DNA of 64,000 nt from contig NW_026262745.1 of NCBI RefSeq assembly GCF_021869535.1, forward strand, positions 10,788,001 to 10,852,000, written 5' to 3'. The notes under the pieces were generated by a model. The model was not told the DNA's origin and searched no databases. It saw nothing but the letters and a program-made list of their open reading frames with translations. Source of the stretch: Mytilus californianus. Lineage: Eukaryota. The translations under genes were made by a program, and so were the position numbers. Shown here in pieces: positions 26,046-35,900 of this stretch. Within the stretch, counting starts at the first letter, position 1. Each line of letters starts with the position of its first letter.

Positions 26046-26479
26046 TATTTCTATGATTTTATACTATTTTTATATATCAAGATCATATTAAAAACTTTTT
26101 ATTCTGAATCACTGAGAATAATATAACAATGATAATGATGCTGATTTCATTCTGGAAACGGATGATTCTGATTAAATAACTGTCATTTTGTTTTACTCCA
26201 ATGTTTTTTTTATTAAGCCTAGATTTATGATATTTCATTTTACATTGATATACTATAATCCTATATTTAGGACCAAATACTTCAAGGAATCAAATGAGTT
26301 CATAACTAGTTTGAGATTTTTTCATCAAAAACAAAGAAGAAAGCCTGAAGCTAATACAGAAACAGTTAAGTTAGCTTTGCTTCAGGGCGGTACAACCTTA
26401 CATTTCATCCAAGTGAAGTATTCATAATAAAAAATATACAATTAAAAAGTGTATTTGAAAGGCAGTAACAAAACAATGA

Positions 26480-26910
26480 CTGTTCAACAGAAAAATTATG
26501 CAAAATTTTAATTTCGACTTTTATTTTGGTTCATTTTGGTTTTATCAGCTCTTCAAAGTATGTATTACCTTTTTTTTTGCAAATATTTTGGCTTTGAGCA
26601 TCACTAAAGAGACATTTATTGTTGAGATGCGCATCTGGTTCAGTAGTGTCATGAACATACGTATATTATTTTTTCTTAGAAATTTGTTGCTATAAATATT
26701 TGAAAATCATTTTAAATTAAGGCATGTATCTCCTTCATGCAAAGCTATAACTTCTTGTCCGATTTCGGCTTTTCGTTTGGCCCTTTTAAGTTTTATCAGC
26801 TCTCCAACGTTTGTATTAAGTTTTGTTTTTTAAACAAACTATCTTCTAGCATCACTGAAGAGAAGTTTATTGTAGAAATGTGCATCTGGTGCAGTAAAAT
26901 TGATACCGTT
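26480..26910 (+). mobile_element. Tandem dimer of a 251-nt hammerhead retrozyme unit
   Basis: Hammerhead motifs start at 26598 and 26849, with flanking sequence also repeated. Confidence 0.75.
26849..26892 (+). ncRNA. Near-intact type I hammerhead ribozyme
   Basis: Stem I GCAUCA/UGGUGC, CUGAAGA, GAAA, AUC triplet (cleavage after 26886); first pair of stem II is a G.A mismatch. Confidence 0.65.
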
Positions 26911-28281
26911 AATACTTGCAGTTGTGTTGTCGTAGAAATTCAAGTTAGAGTTCAGCGAGTTGACTAAGACGAGATGATCCAAAAATAATTGATAATATCA
27001 TGTAATAAGATTATATACAGACGAATTTGCAAGCCTTATGCATGTTTAAGTATGGATAGGAAAAACCAACAAAATTAAAGTTTAACCAACAACAATTACA
27101 TTGCTTTTTTGAAGTAAATTTGGCTGTGTGTATAGCGATTCTAATAGATATAGGGTATATCTTTTGTACTTAAAATTTTAATATTTTACTAGTAAAATCA
27201 AAAGCTATAAAATTATAATTTTAAGTAAGATTAATGTTTAACAATACTGATACACTCCAGAGGTCATGTATTTGTTTATGCATTGAAGATAGCTTTAAAT
27301 GTATCTTTGTAAGTCAGTTGTCTGCCCTTTTTGACAATCTTGCAGATATCTTTTGTCAGATCATTTAATTTTGTAATGATTTTCTTCAACGAAAAAAAAA
27401 ATCAATAATTTATCCAAAACATATAACAGTTACATAGAAAGATATTTGATTTACTTTGATTTTTAAATATCCATGGCAATAATGACAGATCGTTTTTATT
27501 GTACATGTATCTCATTGCTTCCTCTGCTCGTTATTTTGTGTTGTCATCTATTCCCCGACAACAGTGGAAATCAACAAAAATGAAAAGCGGATTACCTTTA
27601 AATTGACGATGTGTATAAAACACTTAGAAAACCATATTTTCCAGTAATTCGGTAAAATTAATTGATAAAGTAAAACAAACTTTTTTTTTGCTTGTTGAAC
27701 GTACAGTGGCAAATATCACATGCATATACAGGACGATCATACGCATGACCATTTGATCATTTATACTGAAATAATTTTAGTATTTCTACTATTCATGTTA
27801 AGGTTACAAAATATAATTCAACTTAAGAGGAAAAGAAGATTCCGGAGCTGGCTCACTTGGATGTTGAGGAATTAAATACGTCCAATTTTAATTTAGCAGC
27901 ACCTTCTATGTTTGTAATTAGATGTTATGAATATGGCTTAAGACAGGTTCATAAAGTATATACTAGCAACTGCAATGTAACCATTACACTTTTTTGACAA
28001 GTATCGTTCTTTATATAAACAAATTAGACATATATTCTACCAAGACCAAATGTCGTCGATATATGCAACTAATAACTACGGCCTTTAATGTGGAGCCTTA
28101 GCCTACTCCACATAGCAATCTATATATATATATATATACAGGGCCACACAATGACCAGTGTAAAACAAACAAAAAGAGAAAGACAACGGCTTGATTAATA
28201 AACATAATAATAAACGAAAAACTACAATAATAGAAACACAGCAACAAAACGAAAACCATTGCCTGAACCCCATTCCCGTTA

Positions 28282-28427
28282 CACTATCGCACTTTAGCGT
28301 GCTATACTGTCGCACTTTAGCGTGTCATACCATCGCACTTTAGCGTTTGACTCCATCGCACTTTCGCGTATACCATCGCACTTTAGCGTGACCATCGCAC
28401 CTTAGAGTCCATCGCATTTTAGAGTCC
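28282..28427. repeat. Imperfect minisatellite with about 17-23-bp units (CCATCGCACTTTAGCGT core)
   Basis: About 7 visible units. Confidence 0.9.
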
Positions 28428-28950
28428 TACATATATATACACATAGAACTTCAATATCTCGCAATTTATTTAAACTTGTGATGATGTAAAGATATATCGC
28501 AAAATTATGACAAAGAAAAATTAAATATGGAAAAAAATCAATCTTTAATATTTCAGATCAATAGTTTATATGAATGAAAGCAGATATTGTTATGATCTTA
28601 ATATTCATACTATACACGCAAATACTATTTATTATTATATTATAATTTCCGGGGTTCAGTCTGACAAAATAAATTATTGATTTCAAATATAGCGTTTATT
28701 AAGACCATTTTCGTTTACCAATGGATAAGTTTGTACTAAATCTTTAAGTACACAATATAAACGTGACCAATCCGATGATGAAGTCTCCTTTAAATTAAGT
28801 ACTTGTTAAGTGTTGAAATCCGAGAAGACTTTTATATCAGATTAGAACCAATTATATTCTATGTTTATTTTAAAAATTGAATATAAGGAAGTTAAATGAT
28901 ATGTAGGCAAGAGTATTCCGATATGTTGTCCTTCTATAGTATTTATATAT

Positions 28951-29308
28951 TAGCTGAGTCGGATAGAAATTGACCTAATGCAAGTGCACGTATACATGTA
29001 CATGTATAAGACTTTTATTGATTTTGGAACATTAAAATACGAAATAAATGATGAATTTAGGTCTGCGTCGGATAGAAATCGACCTAATGCAAATGAATAT
29101 AAATTCATCTGTTAAATTATTTCGGGTTGAAAAAATCTCTATTCAAAGTTTGTAACTGTTTGAAAATTGAGTTGATATAAGAACCATAAAAAACAGACGT
29201 AAATTCATCTTTTACCTCGAATTTGAATGTTCAAAAATCAATAAAAGTTTTATACATGCACATGTATACATGCACTTGCATACGGTCGATTTCTATCCGA
29301 CGCAGCTC
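28951..29308. mobile_element. MITE with about 90-bp TIRs
   Basis: AGCTGAGTCGGATAGAAATTGACC...GAACATT at left, its reverse complement at right; extra copy of the terminus at about 29062-29095. Confidence 0.85.
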
Positions 29309-29953
29309 ATATTTTGTATTGACTTACAATATGTTTTTGTTTATCTACGAATTTATTTGTGATGCATAAGACGTAGCATTAGAGAACTCGTGACCCTTTT
29401 GTAGCCCCCCCCCCCCTTCCCCCTTCTCCCCCTGTTTTTGGCCGGTTCTTTAGCTTTCTGTATAGTACTTAGTGGACAGTTGTTTGTAGTTTCTCAATTC
29501 TATTTTGACCATGTTATTGTTTGTCTTTCTTTAAATTCTGGTTATTGATTGCCGCTAAAAGGACGTGTGTTTATGGACTATTTGATGTCAAAAGCATTTC
29601 ATATCAATAAAAGGATGTTTATGTCAACGTGACAAAAAAGAATAACCAACACAAAGAATGTCAGACTACGTGTAGAGGTTTACGTAAGTCTAAATTGCTC
29701 GTATTTTAGAAAAGTTATCAATACATTTATCAGATTGTCAAACCTCTGCCACCAACAGCAGATCGATGAAGGATATATTACCATTGAAGAAGTGCCTAGT
29801 TTTTGATAGGCACATGAACAATCGTCTTGGTTAAACTAGTTTTTATTTTTAGAATCGTCTCGTTTGACTTTGTTGTTTTCTTTGTTGTTGCTATGTTTGT
29901 CGTTGGTATTGTTTTTTATATTTCAAGTTAAAACTTCCATTGCATTGCGAACA

Positions 29954-31280
29954 GTAAAATTGAGAATGGAAATAGGTAATGTGTCAAAGAGACAACAACC
30001 CGACCATCGAGCAGACAACAGCCGAAGGCCACCAATGGGTCTTCAATGCAGCGAGAAACTCCCGCACCCGGAGGCGTCCTGCAGCTGGCCCCTAAACAAA
30101 TATGTATACTAGTTCAGTGATAATGGACGTCATACTAAACTCCAAATTATACACAAGAAACTAAAATTTAAAATGATACAAGGCTAAAAAGGGCCAGAGG
30201 CTCCTGACTTGGGACAGGCGCAAAAATGCGGCGGGGTTAAACATGTTTTTTGAGATCTTAACCCTCCCCCTATACCTCTAGCCAATGTAGAAAAAACAAA
30301 CGTACAACAGTACGAACAGTAAAACTCAGTTTAAGAGAAGTCCGAGTCCGATGTCAGAATAGGAAACAAAAGAAAATAAACAAAATGACAATAATACATA
30401 AATAACAACAGACTACTAGCAGTAACTGACATGCCAGCTCCAGACCTCAATTAAACTGATTGAAAGATTATGTCTTCATCATATGAATATCAGGCACAAT
30501 CCCTCATGTAAGGAGTTAAGTATTATACCATCATAAAATATATGAGAAGAACATAACCCGTGTCATGCCAACAACTGGTTTTAGAATAAATCTGTTAATT
30601 CCGATGCAAAGACCCTATAAGTGAATCAATATTAAAGCCAAAATATGCAATCTTTAATGACCTGACAACAGTATCGTAACTATATCCCTTCTTAATAAGT
30701 CTGTTTAAAGGTTTTGTTAGCTTTTGAGGTGAATACTGACATTTTTGTGCTTTGTAAAGAATATTACCATAAAAGATTGGATGTGAAATACCTGAACGTA
30801 TAAGATGTCTGCATGTTGAGTTATATTTACGAATGATGTCCTTATACCGATGATAAAATTTAGTAAATGTTTTGACTAGTTTATGATATCGATAACCCTG
30901 GTGTAATAATTTTTCAGTAATAAATAAATTTCTCTCGCCAAAATCTAATACGTTGTTACATACACGAGCGAATCGTACAAGTTGAGATATATAAACACCA
31001 TAAGATGGTGACAAGGGAACGTCACCATCTAAAAATGGATAATTAACGATAGATAATGAAAAATCATCTGTTTTATCATAAATTTTGTATTAAGCTTCCC
31101 GTTAATGAAATAGATATCAAGATCGAGGAAAGGACAGTGGTCATTGTTAGTATTAGCTTTATTTAAAGTAAGTTCAACAGGATAAATTTCTTTAGTATAC
31201 ATACTGAAGTCGTCATTATTGAGAGCCAATATATCATCCAAATATCTAAAAGTATTGTTAAATTTTTGTATCTTTGTAAT
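29954..31280 (-). mobile_element. 5'-truncated Penelope-like element (Naiad-type RT C-terminus plus 3' non-coding region)
   Basis: FNNTFRYLDDILAL...CPFLDLDI and (frameshift) ...SPSYGVYISQLVRFARVC...HRN* ending at 30595; the 3' region recurs inverted at 43790-44235. Confidence 0.9.
30193..30282 (-). ncRNA. Twister-like ribozyme, type-P5 permutation
   Basis: P5 GCUAGAGGU/GCCUCUGGC, P2 GGGG/CCCC, GAGGG, U-AA site (30239/30238), GC, P3 CGCA/UGCG, P4 CCUG/CAGG, L4 UCCCAAGU. Matches the rice twister core as I remember it (UAA...GC...CCGG UCCCAAGC CCGG...GAGGG). Confidence 0.75.
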
Positions 31281-31359
31281 ATTGATATGTAGGAGCACGT
31301 CTTTCCACATTTTTTATTTATCCTAAATTCTCTGTTGATAAATTTACAAATTATTTAGA

Positions 31360-31560
31360 AACCATAAGGTTCCAACTCCCTCAGACAGAGTTAACCTTAG
31401 GTGTAATTGGCTATTAATTGTAAGTTCCTTTTGTTTATATAGCCCCTCATGTATTCATGTGTTTATATATACACTGGCTTTCAAATTGTTTGGTTTGAGC
31501 GTTCCTGATTGAGGTAAACCAGGAAAGCTTCTTCGAACGCACCAAATTCATTAATGTTCT
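31360..31560 (+). mobile_element. Decayed hammerhead retrozyme fragment
   Basis: Inverted match to 36860-37060; core reads GCGTTC-CTGATTGAGG...GGAAAGCTTCTTC-GAACGC. Confidence 0.7.
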
Positions 31561-31984
31561 CATTTCTTACGACCTCTTAATTGATACGACTTTTATCTGA
31601 AACCGTTCGAAAGTTTGATAAACTTGTAATTTAAAACTGTTACAAGGAGACAGAGAGGTAGGAAAAAGGTAAATCGGAAAATCATAATTTCACGAAAAAC
31701 AGACAATACCATTGTCAATTATTAAAGAAAGAAAATACAAGCAAACATGGCCTGTAGAATATTACAAAAAAATATTGAAAACTAAAGATAGAGCAACTAG
31801 AATCCCACTTTTGTAAAATTTGAAAATAAAGTAAAAATATCTTTAGCAATAATCTTTCTTAAATATAAAATAAATATAAAGATGGTGTTAATACATAAAT
31901 TCTTTGTTAACCAAAGTCTCGTTTAGTTTTGTAGGTTTGTTTATTTATAAATTCACATCACAAGAAATGCATGCATTCAACAAA

Positions 31985-32262
31985 AGAATATTAATAATAT
32001 TAAAATAATGTCTGTTTTGTTCACGCATCGTTGTAAATATAACGAAATTTGATAAGACTGTCGTACAAGTGAGAGGTTTAGCGCTATAAAACCAGGTTCA
32101 ATCCACCATTTTCTACATTTGAAAATGCCTGTACCAAGTCAGGAATATGACAGTTGTTGTCCATTCGTTTGATGTGTTTTGTCATTTGATTTTGCCATGT
32201 GATTAGGGACTTTCCGATTGAATTTTCCTCGGAGTTCAGTATTTTTGTGATTTTACTTTTTA
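31985..32262 (+). mobile_element. Non-autonomous repeat family 2 carrying a twister-like motif
   Basis: Relatives at 20405-20535 and 50770-50968. Confidence 0.85.
32058..32153 (+). ncRNA. Twister-like ribozyme, type-P5
   Basis: P5 CUGUCGUA/UAUGACAG, P2 UCC/G(U)GA, GAGGU pairing with L4 UACCAAGU, AC/GU pseudoknot, P3 CAUUUUC/GAAAAUG, P4 CCUG/CAGG, site C32099-A32100. Confidence 0.7.
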
Positions 32263-32383
32263 TCATGAAATGTCTGAGAATATGTTAAAATGAATACATA
32301 ATTTTTTTAAAGTTATATACTAGTATTAGACTGATAGATAAAATATCCTGGTTTGTAAAAAACAAATATCAATTGCACCCTTT

Positions 32384-32930
32384 TTAAACTGTAGTAGAAT
32401 TACTTTCACATTTGGAAATATAAGGAAAGTTCACATTACCGTTTCTTAAATCAGAAAAATTACTCAAAGGTCTACAGTCAGATCTTTTAAATACACATGG
32501 TTCAATTTTTGACCGAGCTGTATTTTTATTACATGAAGTTCTTTCTTTCAAAAATGTTTCTGGTGATGAATCCAAACTGTCACAGATGTAGGAGCTTTTG
32601 CTAACATCCTCAATGGACGGATCCAATGTAGCAGCACAGCAAATAAGGTTGTTTATCTTTCCTTTTGTGTCTGCGTGTTCCTGGTGATAAATTTGTTCTC
32701 CTTGATTAAGATGGACAGTGGTTTCTCGATCTTGGTGTTCTCTTGTATCGTCACCACTGGCAACAATTACTTTCGGTGTCGTTTCGCAGTTACAAAAACT
32801 GTTTCTGCTTTTGTCAGCAACAGGAGAGAAAGTATTTGTTCTTTCTTGGTTTGAACTGAAGTTACCATTCCTTTTAGACCATTTCTGACCACTTGAATTT
32901 GATTTATTATCAACGACAACCAAAGGTACC
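32384..32930 (-). CDS. Gene B terminal exon (cytoplasmic tail)
   Basis: GGTATAG|G; VPLVVVDN...STTV*. Confidence 0.9.
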
Positions 32931-35900
32931 CTATACCATAAGGTAGAATATTTAGAGAAAAACACTGAGTCTTTTCAAAAAACAATTATTACGAGACGAA
33001 TATGAATAGAAATTAAATTAAATTTATGTTTGCTAGTTTTTTTTACATTAAAATAAAATTGTGATGTACGCATGGCAATCATATAGTAAGGTTTTTCGCT
33101 TTTCCGTGTTTTGTTCTTTGTTTTTTTTTAAATTTTTGTATATAAGTACTGTACACTATATTTAGTATTTATAGTGTCGAATGAATTACCTAAAAATCGC
33201 TTCTGTTTTTATTCTACCCTGGATTTTGGGTTTAACAGTTATCATAATAAATACTCATACAAATGACATTTTATGTATTTTTATTTTCTTTTCTTTCCTA
33301 TTTAACCAAATTAGATAAAAATAACTAAATATAAATGCGGACATTTTTGTCTAGCTTTCGGTACATTTGCACTGTAAACGTCATTTGACAATAACTTACT
33401 TCTGTGCAGATTCTGAAAGGTTATTCATTGTGAATTTTTCTGAAAAAAAGGAAAAATATATAACATAATTACTGACAATTTCTGGAACATATTTTTTATA
33501 TCAAAATAAGAAATAGAACCTCATGCCGTCCAATATCTAAGAAAGCCCAACATATTAATTGTCTAAACAAAATGTCTTATACAAAGATCTTAATTTGTGT
33601 TAACTATATTTTTCCGTAAAGCTTTTACTTAATAAAAACTCAGATATTATTGCAAGTTTTTATTATTGCGAATAATGCAACTGGGTGATAATCGCAATAA
33701 TAAGAACTCACATTCTGATATCTGATATAATATCTGTTGGAAGATTTTCCTTAAATCGCAATAAGAAATCTTGCATTTTTATCCTTTCTTCAAAAACCAC
33801 AATAAGAAATGCACGCAATGATTTATGATTTTACAGTATCACATTATTTTTTATTAAACGAATAACTGTAAAATGTTCATTTGTCAATTATGATATTATA
33901 GCGACATTTGAAATGACATGTTATTAAATAGAAGGACTAGAATATATCCTTATATCTATTTGCCAATACAATCAATATGATTTGGAAAGGATTGAAAATA
34001 CACCATTTTTGATTTGCCAAATGATGATTATAGATATAAAGAAACTCATCATAGATACCATATATGAATATATAAAACATCCTCATTTACCAGATAAATC
34101 TAATCAGGATAATTTTTTAGAGCACTTACTCTCAGACTGTTTTAACTTTTTTTTCAGCAGTAGCAAGCATACAATGATTGCTACAAATACCAGAACAGAG
34201 CCAACAGCACTGATCACCCATGTCAACAAATACGAAGACTCTGAAAGAAATTATAAGAATTAGTAGGTAAAATCAATTTTTCACGACTCGGTAGAACTTT
34301 TTATTGTCATTATCAATTGATATGCACAAGGAGTCTCTGTGTTCTTGCATAAAAATGAATTAGCTTATTATTGGTTGTTGCATTTGCACTGCCGATTAAC
34401 CATATTGCATTACATCTCCATTTCGGATTTGTCTGTATTCATGATAAAAAATTTTTTTACATTTATCAGCAAATATTTCATTTACATATCGGTTTCGTAA
34501 ATAATAGCCATTACACGAATAAACCAATGCTCATTAGATCATAATTGTTGGATGACAGAATAGCTTCTTACAAAAGGCACCAAATGTGCACCATAATTCC
34601 TACAACTGATCTTCAAACTTCAAAGAATTAATCACTGACTAAAATTTGCTCAGCATATTATCAGATATTCTTTTCTCAAATCCCTTATACATAAGATGAA
34701 AAAAATGTAAAATGTTACATGTTTTTGAAATCAAGATTCATACTGCATGTAAATTTCATAAGATACCAAGGGAGATTTCTTTATCATTATCTTCTAATTT
34801 TTTTTTCAAAAGTTAAACCATATACACACCAAAATTAATTATAAATGCAGTTATTTTATTAGATCTGACAAGAAATAAAGTATCTGAATCAATTTGTACC
34901 TGAAGGGATGGACTCTCTTGTGCTGTATGTTACCGGTACTTCCGTTCTGTCAAACATGTGTACTTTCGTTCTGTCAAACATATTTAAAACACATGATGAA
35001 TTCGTTTCAGTTTGACAGCTTCATGCAACAAGCAACTAATAAAACCTTCAGTTTTTATAGGTTAATAAATTATGGACCTTTCATTGTCATTTTTCCTTAC
35101 TCCAATATATCTGTATTTTCTGTTAATTTAAAAGTCTTGTTTGTTTTTTCTTTTTGTAACTTTTATTATTCAATTGCATTTTAACTGACTGCAATTCGTA
35201 TTCATCCAATAGTCATATTCATATAAAATAATTATCTGATGTAACATTAAAGTGTATAGTACGTCTGGTTATTTTGTATTGTTATCAGTATAATGTTCAC
35301 AAAGAATGGTAAATAACAAACGCAAATTTGACTAATTACTAGTAAATCATATTTGATTTTCACAGTAAGAGTAAAATCGGAAGTGTATCAGACCAAATAT
35401 GATAACACAAATTAACAACATTCTTTTTTTAAGAAACACTTTATGTATAAACCGACCAATTTATCATCTTAAAAGATTTGCAAAGTTAATAAATGTTCAG
35501 ACTTAATATAAAACTTTGGCAAATTGTTTTTGTCACATTAATTTTTATAACGATAGATATAGCAGTTAGATATCGAGTTTGGCAGAAGTGTAGCACTATA
35601 TGTATGTAATTTTATATCTACTTCCAAAAGACAATACATATTGAAAATATTGATAGACACAATCATGGCCAGAAAAAAAAAGACCCCCCCCCCCCCCCAC
35701 CACCAAATAACCAAAAAAACACATACGAGTAGTTATTGTTATGAACAACTAAATACATAAATAGGTATGAACCAAAACAGTCCCTGAAATGTTTTCTCCA
35801 AGGTTTTCGAGACATCCACTAAAGCCAAAACTATTTTCTAAAAAAAAGTCCCAATTTTTCGAGTAACCAATTGTCTGCAATGATGAATTGAATTGATTTC

